IMG/VR virus record: IMGVR_UViG_3300030433_001380
Location: 1-29,718 of that record
Direction: 5' to 3' (one strand)
DNA from: a virus
Lineage: Duplodnaviria; Caudoviricetes
Length of the DNA stretch: 29,718 nt
Position numbers and translations under genes: made by a program
The notes under the pieces: model-generated
Database searches by the model: none
Told to the model about the DNA's origin: nothing
Seen by the model: the letters and a program-made list of their open reading frames with translations, nothing else
Part shown: piece after piece, positions 10,092 to 19,278 of the stretch
How the letters are laid out: each line of letters begins with the position of its first letter
Position numbering within the stretch: position 1 is the first letter of the stretch

Positions 10092-10444
10092 CCTTCATCC
10101 TCCTGCATTAGATTCATTGGATTAGGAAGTATTTCTTTAAGTTGATTACCCACATATGGGCTAAGACGCAACATATCAACAGTTGATAATGAAGGTTCTG
10201 TCTTTTCAATAAAGTTTTCGACCATATAGCGATACATCGCATTTAGGTCTAAGTCAAAAGATTGAGTCTTAGAATCAATCTTCATAACTGAGTTCAAGGC
10301 TTTTTCGGCTTCTAGCCAAGTAGGTTCTTTGACCCATACCTTGAGGTATTTTTCTAATTCGGGTGACACTTTAATATAATGTAGTGTCGATTCGCTTAGT
10401 GCAAATAGCACATTCTTATCTGTTATAATTTCTTTATTTAACAT
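10079..10444 (-). CDS. Tail assembly chaperone (gpG-like)
   Basis: Lies between tail tube and tape measure and ends in a slippery heptamer. Start revised to ATG 10444 (MLNKEII) after AGGTGG. Confidence 0.8.
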   Translation of the reverse strand: MLNKEIITDKNVLFALSESTLHYIKVSPELEKYLKVWVKEPTWLEAEKALNSVMKIDSKTQSFDLDLNAMYRYMVENFIEKTEPSLSTVDMLRLSPYVGNQLKEILPNPMNLMQEDEGKND

Positions 10445-10493
10445 ATTATCCACCTTTTTTACCAACAAACAAACTAACGGTGTTGGTGGAATA

Positions 10494-10601
10494 TTATTCT
10501 GCTAACTGAGACTTCTTAGGAGTTTCCTTCTTTTCTTTCTTCTTCTCTTCTTTAGCCTTTTGCATTTCAAGCAATTTACTGTAAGGATAGCCTTGACCCA
10601 T
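10494..10601 (-). CDS. Small Lys/Glu-rich protein (35 aa), below the ORF-track cutoff
   Basis: GGGGTGATTAA-ATG; MGQGYPYSKLLEMQKAKEEKKKEKKETPKKSQLAE*. Fills the gap after the tail tube gene. Confidence 0.6.
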   Translation of the reverse strand: MGQGYPYSKLLEMQKAKEEKKKEKKETPKKSQLAE

Positions 10602-10605
10602 TTAA

Positions 10606-12177
10606 TCACCCCATTAATGCTGCGTGTGTAATAATAGTGCAGCCGTTTTCTTTTAATTGTCTTGGCATAACTGTTGCTTCAACAGTAATTGGCCCTTTAT
10701 CATCAGGAACAGTCCAATTAGCGGCACTTGTAAAGTAGTTTTCAAATTCTAACTTAATTTGTTCACCGTTACTCTTATCAAATTGTAGTGTAATGTCATT
10801 GGTAATTTCTTCATCTTGGTCTAAGAGTTCTCTAAATAATGTATCATCAGTAACCATAGCAGTAAAAGATAATTCATAAGTTCTTTGTGCAGGAATACCT
10901 TCTTTAACAGATTTGTTACCTATTCCTAAATATCTCTTATCTTGTATATTATTGTTAATAGTTAAAGTAAAGTTTGTAATTTTAAGGAAGTCTTGATTAT
11001 AAATTGTAAATCTTCCATCACTAAAGAAGAATGGCTCTAAGTGACTTGCAATTGCACCCTTTCTGTTAGTAAAGTTTTCAACATCAGAAACATTTCTGCG
11101 AGCATACATTTCTTCGTCAACATCTAATGCAGTTACAGTGCTTGTATTCAAGTCCATAGTCATTTTAACTTCTTCGTTTTCATTAGCGGTCATAGTAAGA
11201 GTATTAATTCTATTTCCTCTAGCAATACGAACAAAAGTATGGCTTTCAGTTGCAGCCGAATCAGTATCAGTTAAAAATGTATCTGTGCTTTCTAATTTAG
11301 ATATAGAGTGTTCTAAAGCAAACGATGGTAATTTAACAGTATCTTGTTCATTGATAGTATAAGTAATAAAATTAGTAGCAAAATCAGAATCAGTTAAAGC
11401 ATTTAGATGAATTAAATCTCCTACTGTTGTATCTGTCGGCATTAATGGAGGAACAATTTCTGTTCCAATTGTTCTGTAAAAGATTGGGCCATCTTCAATA
11501 TGTGCGCTATCATCGTGAATAAACTTATCTTGGTCTGCACTATTTACATCAAAAGGCTCAGAAAAACCGCTACTTGTTAAAGCAGTTCTAATGTTAGAAG
11601 GAACAGTAGTAGCGGTGCATTTACCTAAAGCGTAATAAAGCCAATGTCCTTGATGAGTCATTAAAGCAATATTTCCTCCACTTGCAGTTTCAATACCTTT
11701 GTATTGGTGAGTAAAGTTTCTTGAACCGCCAAGAGCCAAATTAAGTTGTTTCATCTCAACTTCAAGATTAGGGAAAGTAGCAGATTCAACAAGACCAATA
11801 AAATTATCGGAATTTAAAGTTGATTTGCTAGAAATAGCAGGTGCAGGGCAAGGTGCTGCATATCCTCTAATAACATAATAATCATTAGTAGCAGTTGATT
11901 TTGCTTCAGGAGTAAAAGTTATTGTTGCTGCGGCAGTTCCACTACCAGAATTAGCAGTAATAGTATGAGTTGATTGATATACATTAGAATTATTATATCT
12001 ATCAATAGTGCAACCAACATATAAATCTTTAATTAAGCGAAAATGAGTTTGGTCAGCATGAAAAGTGATTGTTGATTCATTACCACTAACTGCTGTCTTT
12101 TTAACATAATAATCCACTTCGGGAACAAACGCTAGTGTTGCCCCACTTCCTACAAATATTTCTTCATTTACTGCCAT
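10606..12177 (-). CDS. Major tail tube protein with inserted domains (523 aa)
   Basis: GGNIALM...WLYYALG, LPSFALE, RINTLTMTA, ITNFTLTINNNI, RTYELSFT and ITVEATV match the tail-tube fold pattern; lies between terminator and chaperones. Confidence 0.8.
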   Translation of the reverse strand: MAVNEEIFVGSGATLAFVPEVDYYVKKTAVSGNESTITFHADQTHFRLIKDLYVGCTIDRYNNSNVYQSTHTITANSGSGTAAATITFTPEAKSTATNDYYVIRGYAAPCPAPAISSKSTLNSDNFIGLVESATFPNLEVEMKQLNLALGGSRNFTHQYKGIETASGGNIALMTHQGHWLYYALGKCTATTVPSNIRTALTSSGFSEPFDVNSADQDKFIHDDSAHIEDGPIFYRTIGTEIVPPLMPTDTTVGDLIHLNALTDSDFATNFITYTINEQDTVKLPSFALEHSISKLESTDTFLTDTDSAATESHTFVRIARGNRINTLTMTANENEEVKMTMDLNTSTVTALDVDEEMYARRNVSDVENFTNRKGAIASHLEPFFFSDGRFTIYNQDFLKITNFTLTINNNIQDKRYLGIGNKSVKEGIPAQRTYELSFTAMVTDDTLFRELLDQDEEITNDITLQFDKSNGEQIKLEFENYFTSAANWTVPDDKGPITVEATVMPRQLKENGCTIITHAALMG

Positions 12178-12208
12178 AATTAAACTCCCCTTTACCTTTA
12201 CAAACTTA

Positions 12209-12721
12209 CTAAGGGACTGTTAATGCGAATCTTTTTGCTTCTAATGTAACTTTGTAACCGAACAAACGCTTTGCTCTATCATTACTTTCATTTCTTGAGC
12301 CTACAAATAATTGATTGAAATTAGAACCATCACTTGCGGTATAACCCTTGCGTTTGCTCTCAAGAACCCTACGCAGTATCAAGTATATAGCCCTTAGCCT
12401 ATCCTTGCCATAATCAGCATCGGTTCCTCCCCTTTCATCATGTAATACTCTAATATGAATAGTAAATGAATATGTTTCATGTCTTACATCAAAATGCACT
12501 GTTGGGTAGGTTAAACTTTGTGAATCTTCAAAAACTACTATTGTTGCAGGTGAACGACTTAAATCGACTCTTACACCTTTATTCTTTGTAGTATTTCTTA
12601 TATCTAAAAATTCAGGAGTAACTGCATGAGAAGAGGAAATAGTTCCAGCACTTACTAAAGCAGTTGCCGCACTACTCCATCCATTTGAAAGAATATCTAA
12701 GACGAGACTGACTTCATCCAT
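12209..12721 (-). CDS. Putative tail terminator / tail completion protein
   Basis: 170 aa, directly upstream of the tail tube; alpha/beta pattern (ATIVVFE...YSFTIHIRV...LRRVLE...FGYKVTLEA). Confidence 0.6.
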   Translation of the reverse strand: MDEVSLVLDILSNGWSSAATALVSAGTISSSHAVTPEFLDIRNTTKNKGVRVDLSRSPATIVVFEDSQSLTYPTVHFDVRHETYSFTIHIRVLHDERGGTDADYGKDRLRAIYLILRRVLESKRKGYTASDGSNFNQLFVGSRNESNDRAKRLFGYKVTLEAKRFALTVP

Positions 12722-12906
12722 TTCTCTAATTCCTCCACTATTTTCTTTTCAACATCTTTACAAAATGCTTCTTCAGCATTTCTAATTATTTCTTCATCAC
12801 TAAAACTAATATCTATTCCTATTTGTTCAGACAAGTCTTTCATTACTAGTTGTCTTTCTTTTTGAATATTTAAATATTCTTCAAAGGATTTAGTATTTAT
12901 TTTCAT
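12697..12906 (-). CDS. Small hypothetical neck-region protein
   Basis: ORF in operon order. Start revised to ATG 12906 (MKINTKSF), which forms an ATGA overlap with the upstream stop. Confidence 0.6.
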   Translation of the reverse strand: MKINTKSFEEYLNIQKERQLVMKDLSEQIGIDISFSDEEIIRNAEEAFCKDVEKKIVEELEKWMKSVSS

Positions 12907-14144
12907 TTTATCGGAACCTTTCGCATTACTTCCTTCCAAGAAGCCCTTTTAGGGTTTAATGGTTGAGGTGTTGAACCTGTTGGAACATTTATGTTTTGTG
13001 CGGCTTGTCTAGCAGCATAAGCAGTTCTTGGGTCTATTCTAGAAGTTGCTGAAGGAGTGGCCTTTGGTATGTTTAATTTTGCTGCACTTGCTTCACGATT
13101 TTGTTGAGCAGTTGCGGCATCTTCTCTTTTTGCCCTTTCTATTGCTTCTTGCCTTCTTAAATACTCAGGAGTTATTCTTGCTGGTTGTTTTTGTTGTTGT
13201 GGTTGTTTTTGCTGTTGTTGTTGATTTACATTTCTAAATGCTCTTTGTTTATCACTAGCAACAATAGGTTGAGTTAATCTTTCAGGAATTCTAACAACAG
13301 GTTTATTCACAACAGGTTTATTCAAATTCAATCCTTGTGGCAAAGGCATTGAAACACCTTTATCTTGAGGAAGCGGTATTTTTCTAGCAGTTGGTGGCTT
13401 TGGTGGTAGTGGCATTTGAGTTACTTCTGTTCCGGTATCGGGTAAAGGAACTCCTTCTCTATTTATTCTATCTTGTTCATCTTGTTTATCTTTAGCCGCT
13501 TGTTCTCGCATTCTTGCTAATTCGGCTTGATATGCTTCTCTTGCTTTTTTCCTTTCAAGTAATTCTTCTTCAGTTTTTTCATTTCGTCTTTCTTTTGCGG
13601 TTTCTCTTTGTTCAAAAGCATAAGGCAAATTTCTTAAAGTTGCTGCACTAGCGGCTTGTTGTCTTTTTGCTTTCCTTTCTGCTAATTCTTTATTTTTTAG
13701 TTCTAACTTTTGAGCATCCTTTCTTGCTTTTGTTTCCTTAGCATCTCTAATTGTTTGGTCTTGAACGGCAGGTAATTGACTTCTATAATCCTGTTCATCC
13801 TCTCTTCTAAGTTGTTGTTTCCAATTTTCCATGTCTAATTTATTTTGTTTAGCCTGTTCTTGAGCATCTAGATATTGTCGTCTAGCATCATCAACTTGTT
13901 TTTGATTTCTTTTTTCTCCGAAATAATCCTTTACTCTTCCAAAAAGATTCTTTTTACCTACATCTGGAACATCAAAATCTCTTTGAGTATTTCTTGCTTT
14001 ATAGTCTGCAATTCTTTTTTTGTTTCTTTCAAGTTTAGCGGCTCGACCCTTTTTCCTTTGTCCTGCTTTAACATCTTTAGGAGTTTTTCTTCGGGTAGCC
14101 CTTCTTGAAGGGTCTTTAAGGATTTCAAACCATGCTTCTGCCAT
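12903..14144 (-). CDS. Low-complexity R/K/Q/P-rich protein with N-terminal WFEILK motif (413 aa)
   Basis: GAGGGAG RBS; charged coiled-coil N-half, PLP repeats and a poly-Q tract; no recognisable domain. Confidence 0.7.
   Translation of the reverse strand: MAEAWFEILKDPSRRATRRKTPKDVKAGQRKKGRAAKLERNKKRIADYKARNTQRDFDVPDVGKKNLFGRVKDYFGEKRNQKQVDDARRQYLDAQEQAKQNKLDMENWKQQLRREDEQDYRSQLPAVQDQTIRDAKETKARKDAQKLELKNKELAERKAKRQQAASAATLRNLPYAFEQRETAKERRNEKTEEELLERKKAREAYQAELARMREQAAKDKQDEQDRINREGVPLPDTGTEVTQMPLPPKPPTARKIPLPQDKGVSMPLPQGLNLNKPVVNKPVVRIPERLTQPIVASDKQRAFRNVNQQQQQKQPQQQKQPARITPEYLRRQEAIERAKREDAATAQQNREASAAKLNIPKATPSATSRIDPRTAYAARQAAQNINVPTGSTPQPLNPKRASWKEVMRKVPIK
13294..13323. repeat. Perfect 15-bp tandem duplication (acaacaggtttattc x2; encodes NKPVV x2)
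   Basis: Read directly from the sequence. Confidence 0.85.
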
Positions 14145-14153
14145 AATACTCCC

Positions 14154-15461
14154 TCAATCAATAAAATAGACTATATCGCCTTTTCCTTTCAGTATATCCA
14201 TTCCTTCTTTTTTCAGTATGTCATACTTTTCCTTAGTGCTGATATTACCACCCGTTTCAGTTATAAGAATACTTTGGTCGTCATGTCTTATAATTTCAGC
14301 AGCCACTAATTTTGTAGTCGCTTCGTGAATTGTTGCCGGAACCCTACCATCACCTGCTAAATAAGATACTATTACTGAATTTCTAGTATTATAAGGATAA
14401 TCTTGTAAAAAGAATATACGGCCTTCTTCGTTCAAAAGCCAATAGTCACCTAATCTTCTCATATCTTCTTTATCAGTAAATGCAGTTAAATTACAAACTG
14501 TTGGTATATTTCCTGTTGTAGTAAAGGTTAATGTATTTGTTCCGCTACCCGTTGCAGTTCCGCTTAATTCAACAGTAGTCGAATCAGTAATTGAAGCGAT
14601 AGTAATTGTCCCACTAATGCCTGTTCCTGTTACAGTCATACCTACGGCTAATTTAGAAGAATCTGCGACAGTAAGCGTAGCATCTGCATTTACTGTTGTG
14701 CATGACTGTTTTATTGTTGCTTTGATAACACAATCTGCCCCATCATCACCGGAAAGTAGGGATGATATGAAAACGACCTTGCCATTTTGGGTGTCCTTTT
14801 GAGCATAGAAAAAGTCAGAAATGGAAAGTGAAGAAGAAGTAAGTGCTTTAGGTGCAGTTGCACCTGTAAAGGTTGATGTGGAAGAAGGGAATGATTCATT
14901 TACTAATGAAACTATTTCATTATTTGTCGTCTTTATTCCAAATGTATTACAAAACTCATCGTTACCTAAACTAGCAACAGTGTTCTCAGCAGCCATTGTA
15001 AATGATACTCCACTATCAGGTAATTGTAGTATAATAGAATCCAAATCTCTAAAGTTTTCTAATAATTCAATTTGTGCTTGGGCTGAGGCTAATTCTTTAT
15101 AATCAGTTCCATCCCATACTTGTAATGAAACTACTTTTCTAATTTTCATTTGAGTTAATTCAATAAAACCAACATAGCCTCCATAAAGAGTATTTCCAGG
15201 AACATTTCTATATTCAAAATTATGAAACTCTTTTTTAATTAATAAAGGTCTAAATGAACGCTTAACCTTTTCATCAACCATTCCTTCGACTCTTTTGATA
15301 ATTGCACCAACTTGGGCTAAAGTTGGGTAAGTGTTAGTGGCATGAAAAGCAGGGACTTGAAGTAAATTAGCCACTTCTGTTGCATCAGTATAAAAGCCCC
15401 TGCCATCTGAATAACTAGGATTAATAGAAGTATAGTCACTAGGGGAAATAGTTAAACCCAT
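14154..15461 (-). CDS. Head-tail adaptor (connector) protein with inserted beta domains
   Basis: N-terminal YTDATEVANLL...IIKRVEGMVDEKVKRSF and C-terminal VIVSYLAGDGRVPATIHEATTKLVAAEII resemble the gp6/gp15-type adaptor pattern; lies between head and tail genes. Confidence 0.7.
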   Translation of the reverse strand: MGLTISPSDYTSINPSYSDGRGFYTDATEVANLLQVPAFHATNTYPTLAQVGAIIKRVEGMVDEKVKRSFRPLLIKKEFHNFEYRNVPGNTLYGGYVGFIELTQMKIRKVVSLQVWDGTDYKELASAQAQIELLENFRDLDSIILQLPDSGVSFTMAAENTVASLGNDEFCNTFGIKTTNNEIVSLVNESFPSSTSTFTGATAPKALTSSSLSISDFFYAQKDTQNGKVVFISSLLSGDDGADCVIKATIKQSCTTVNADATLTVADSSKLAVGMTVTGTGISGTITIASITDSTTVELSGTATGSGTNTLTFTTTGNIPTVCNLTAFTDKEDMRRLGDYWLLNEEGRIFFLQDYPYNTRNSVIVSYLAGDGRVPATIHEATTKLVAAEIIRHDDQSILITETGGNISTKEKYDILKKEGMDILKGKGDIVYFID

Positions 15462-15463
15462 TA

Positions 15464-17056
15464 TTACTCACCTGCTATATTTAATCTTTTTAGTTTCTCA
15501 TATCTGTTATTAAAGTCTGAAATAATATCTCTAAAATCTTCATTAACTCCTTTTGCCCCTCTTTGTCTAAGATAAGGGTTAAAGTCGAATTCATATCTTT
15601 TTCTTTGATAGTATTGCATTTTAAGAGTGGCATCTTTTAAGTAATCATATAATCCTTCTCCATCATAAGAAAGATTTTTAGGAGGACTTTTAATAGTTAA
15701 TTCTATCTTAAATTGATATACTACATCAGTATCTCTTAATGTTTTCTTAGCACTCTCAAATATATCTGATTGCTCAACCCATTTTGTTATTTCAGGAATA
15801 AAGAACTCATCAAAATCTAAAACATTTTCATCAAAGTATTTAATTTTAGTTCCAGCAAAAGAAATTATTTCGTATCTCTTTCCTCTCCAAATAAAATCAT
15901 TTCTTTTATCATCAAGCAAACTATAATTAGCCGCACCAAGAGCAGCATCATCCACTATATCTTTATATTCTTCTTCTGAAACAGATATTTTTTTAACTTT
16001 TGTCCACTTATACTTTTTTTGTCTTTGTTCTGCATCTGTTATTCTCATTTCTTGGACTTCATCCCAATTTTCCACAAATCTGTAATTAATATCAATAATT
16101 TTATCTTTGTTTTCTTCTTGGAATTTTTCAAAGGCTTCCATAATTTCAGTTGATTCTTCTTCATTTTGAGGCTCTAAAAGTTCTCCTTGACCTTCTTCTT
16201 GAACAGGTCTAAAGGTTAAATGCTTTTGGTCTTTCTCTTTTATTCCTTTTAATTCTGGAATATCTAAACTAATATCTATTTCTTCTTTTTGTCCTGCTTT
16301 GAATGCACCTGCATTTTCGGCTCTAAAGATTCCATTAGTTACACCATCAGATTTTATTTTTTTATCTTTTAAGTCTTTTTCTATTTTTATGTTTGATTCA
16401 CTAGGAAATGTTATTACTACATGCTTACCTAAAGGCTTTCTAGGCGCAATAGAATAGGTTTCTTTTTTAGTAGTAATATCGAATTGAACATCCATATTAT
16501 ACCAATCTTTACCAAACATTTGTTTATAAGTTTTACCAAACTTTTTAATGTCTTGCAAATCTCTTCCATATTTAGTAAAAGTTATTCCTTGTAAATCATT
16601 TACAAAATTATCATCATTAACTAAAGCAATTAATTTTTTTCTATTTAGCAATTTATTAACCTTTTCTTCATCAACAACGCTTTTAACACCCTCTTCTTTT
16701 CTTTCTATTCTCTTTCCCTTTTCTCTATCTATTATTGTAGCAAATTGACCTGAGCCAACTTGTTTCATATAACCAGACTTAAATTGTCTTAGACCAGAAG
16801 CACTCTTTTTAAGAAATTCAATAGATGGAGTTTCTTTAAGAATAGAATTAACTATTTCTTTTAAGTCCCTCATCATCTCATCAACATAAGGTTCTTCTCC
16901 TTGTGTGGGATTTTTAGCATACTTTTTTGCTTTTCTAAAATTAGATAAAAAGGTTCTATCATTATCTAACAAAAAGGCTTTAATCATTATTTCTAATTCT
17001 TCTCGACTATCAACAGTGTCTATTGACCTAGAACCAAAGTTACGAAGAAGAACCAA
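15464..17056 (-). CDS. Hypothetical protein (530 aa, K/E/D-rich)
   Basis: Long ORF; TTG start after GAGGTGAATTAA; no motif recognised. Confidence 0.7.
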   Translation of the reverse strand: MVLLRNFGSRSIDTVDSREELEIMIKAFLLDNDRTFLSNFRKAKKYAKNPTQGEEPYVDEMMRDLKEIVNSILKETPSIEFLKKSASGLRQFKSGYMKQVGSGQFATIIDREKGKRIERKEEGVKSVVDEEKVNKLLNRKKLIALVNDDNFVNDLQGITFTKYGRDLQDIKKFGKTYKQMFGKDWYNMDVQFDITTKKETYSIAPRKPLGKHVVITFPSESNIKIEKDLKDKKIKSDGVTNGIFRAENAGAFKAGQKEEIDISLDIPELKGIKEKDQKHLTFRPVQEEGQGELLEPQNEEESTEIMEAFEKFQEENKDKIIDINYRFVENWDEVQEMRITDAEQRQKKYKWTKVKKISVSEEEYKDIVDDAALGAANYSLLDDKRNDFIWRGKRYEIISFAGTKIKYFDENVLDFDEFFIPEITKWVEQSDIFESAKKTLRDTDVVYQFKIELTIKSPPKNLSYDGEGLYDYLKDATLKMQYYQRKRYEFDFNPYLRQRGAKGVNEDFRDIISDFNNRYEKLKRLNIAGE

Positions 17057-17066
17057 TTAATTCACC

Positions 17067-17714
17067 TCACATTAACCATTTAGCCCAAGCCGCACCTTTT
17101 TGAATTGCTGAACCTAATCCTAAACCTGCTGATGGCGGTTCATACGACATTTGGCCGTTAGCATCAATCCAATAAGGTCTGCCATATCCGTCTGTTCCAT
17201 TTGGAGGAACAGGATAACCTGTGCCATTATTCATAGCACCTTGCATTTGCTGATATTGCTGAGTTTGCCCTGTTAAACCAGCAATTGCCATACCTGCGGT
17301 TGGGCCAGCACCTCCAAATCCTTGAGATTCAAGATATTGTTGTTTTGCTAGTTTTCTTTGATTTACTACTTCTGTATTAATAGCAGCATTCAATAACTTT
17401 TGAATATCTAAATCAATATTTTCTTGAGTAATTCTTTCAAACTCTCTCATAGCATCTGAGTTAATAGTTACATTACTTCCATTTTGAGTAAAAGATAATT
17501 TACTTAACATTTGACTAACTACTCTTTGAACTACATCTTCCATTAGTTTTTCAAGAGCAACTAAAAATTGTTCTCCATGATATTGAAAAAACTCTTCAAC
17601 ATGGTTATCCTGTAAAGATAACAAATTATTCATAGATTTAAATTGTTGTTCTCCTTGTTGCTGAACAGCATTCATTACTGTTCCATTACTTGTTCCTAGT
17701 ATTCCCATACTCAT
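17067..17714 (-). CDS. Q/G-rich helical protein with C-terminal amphipathic helix
   Basis: Helical core, G/Q/P/Y-rich tail, ends LGSAIQKGAAWAKWLM; start at or next to the ATGA overlap with the upstream gene. Confidence 0.7.
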   Translation of the reverse strand: MSMGILGTSNGTVMNAVQQQGEQQFKSMNNLLSLQDNHVEEFFQYHGEQFLVALEKLMEDVVQRVVSQMLSKLSFTQNGSNVTINSDAMREFERITQENIDLDIQKLLNAAINTEVVNQRKLAKQQYLESQGFGGAGPTAGMAIAGLTGQTQQYQQMQGAMNNGTGYPVPPNGTDGYGRPYWIDANGQMSYEPPSAGLGLGSAIQKGAAWAKWLM

Positions 17715-18373
17715 TCACCCTTTTTATTTTCCGTTACCGGCTTAATTTCATTATTAGCCTTGACTCCCTCTTTAATCATCAAATAGTTAAGTCTATCTGT
17801 TAGTATATTAATCTGTCCAACTACTTCAATTGCTTCATTGGTTGGACTCCTGTTATCCCCTAATGTGGGTGGCTTTATTAAATAACCGCTTGCCGTGAGC
17901 GAAGCAATATCCTCTTTAGATAAATGAGTAATTGGGCCACTTTTGAGCATTTTAGGCATTTTAGGTTTAAATGAAGCAAAAGCAAGCCCATGCTTATCAG
18001 CAAGTATTGTTTGTTGTAACATTTCTAACTGCATAAACATAGAAGCGTGTTTTGGGCAATATGTTCCTGCTAATGGCCTACCTTTGATTACTCCATCTAA
18101 AGGAATAGGAGGCCGCCTATAATCCCCACTTTCCCAAACATGGTGCATTCCACAAACAACGCATCTATCTTTCAAATTAAACTTTTTTCCATAAGGTAAA
18201 CCAAAAAATTTCTTTTTTTCTGGAGTTAAAACTTTAATTAATTCTTTTAATTGTTTTTTAGGTTTAATTGCTACAAACTTATATTCTGTAACAACTCCGC
18301 TTGCTCTTGCTGCTTTTAATGGTGACATAAAAACAGGCGGTGTCGTTTGTCCTATTAATTGGTTTTGATACAT
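17711..18373 (-). CDS. Putative zinc-binding protein (CxxC...CxxH)
   Basis: RCVVCGMHHVW ... TYCPKHA; directly downstream of the GTPase. Confidence 0.65.
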   Translation of the reverse strand: MYQNQLIGQTTPPVFMSPLKAARASGVVTEYKFVAIKPKKQLKELIKVLTPEKKKFFGLPYGKKFNLKDRCVVCGMHHVWESGDYRRPPIPLDGVIKGRPLAGTYCPKHASMFMQLEMLQQTILADKHGLAFASFKPKMPKMLKSGPITHLSKEDIASLTASGYLIKPPTLGDNRSPTNEAIEVVGQINILTDRLNYLMIKEGVKANNEIKPVTENKKGE

Positions 18374-18383
18374 CTTTCATTCC

Positions 18384-19052
18384 TCAGTAATCTTTTATCA
18401 TTGTCATTACGCCTCTATATACCATTTCGGGGTCTGACTTTGCTGAAACTATATACTTAAAACAAGGTATTCCTTTATCATTTAATTGTCTCATTCCATA
18501 CTTAAATGGCTCAAATATTCTATGTTTATCTATGGTTTGTCCTTCTTCTAATGGATATTTTTCTCCCCATATATCATATTTATTAGCCCATATACCTACT
18601 GCCATCGGATAATCTGAATCTCTTTTTTTTCTGTTAGTGGGCCAAGTATTAGAACAAATTGTATCAACTAAAAATTTCCATGCTACTTGATGGTCTAGAT
18701 TTGCTTCATTATCTAAATGTCTATGGTCTATCATAAATATAACATACTTAACTCTTCTTTTTTGCATGTCTTTAACCCATTCTTTCCAATAAATTGCTTC
18801 ACCGCCTAAATCTGCACTTTTTATTGTGTGTGAATCTCCATCAATTTTAACGCTTTTTCTTGAGGCTCTATGTAATCCAACTGTTCTTTCATTAATTTGC
18901 GGCACTTCTCCCCTTGTTCTTAATTGATGACTTAATGTTGTTTTACCTACCATTGTTGCACCATAGACTCCAAAATTAATCGCATATATTTTTTTCCAAA
19001 AGCCTATCATCGCTTCACCGACAAGGATAGCAAATCCCGTCATCATTGACAT
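18384..19052 (-). CDS. Ras-superfamily small GTPase, Arf/Sar1-like
   Basis: All five G motifs present: G1 GATMVGKT, G2 RTVG, G3 DLGGE, G4 NKYD, G5 SAK. Hydrophobic/amphipathic N-terminal extension; Trp in switch II (DLGGEAIYWKEW). Confidence 0.9.
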   Translation of the reverse strand: MSMMTGFAILVGEAMIGFWKKIYAINFGVYGATMVGKTTLSHQLRTRGEVPQINERTVGLHRASRKSVKIDGDSHTIKSADLGGEAIYWKEWVKDMQKRRVKYVIFMIDHRHLDNEANLDHQVAWKFLVDTICSNTWPTNRKKRDSDYPMAVGIWANKYDIWGEKYPLEEGQTIDKHRIFEPFKYGMRQLNDKGIPCFKYIVSAKSDPEMVYRGVMTMIKDY

Positions 19053-19053
19053 A

Positions 19054-19269
19054 TTATATCTCCCATGAATGCCAAAAAGTATCTAATATCCATCCGAGGA
19101 TATTAATATCAAAAACACCCATTATATTTCCAATAAAGAATGCTGAAAGGGTAGCACAACTACCCCAAAACCATGCTCTTATCTTGAAAAAGAGCATGTC
19201 TGCCGAATGCGCCCTTGATTGATTATAGATATAATCATTATCAGTAAGGCCCATAAGGTCATTTAGCAT
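19054..19269 (-). CDS. Small membrane protein (71 aa)
   Basis: GAGGTGG RBS; hydrophobic segment AWFWGSCATLSAFFIGNIMGVF followed by an amphipathic Trp-rich tail. Confidence 0.7.
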   Translation of the reverse strand: MLNDLMGLTDNDYIYNQSRAHSADMLFFKIRAWFWGSCATLSAFFIGNIMGVFDINILGWILDTFWHSWEI

Positions 19270-19278
19270 TTAACCACC

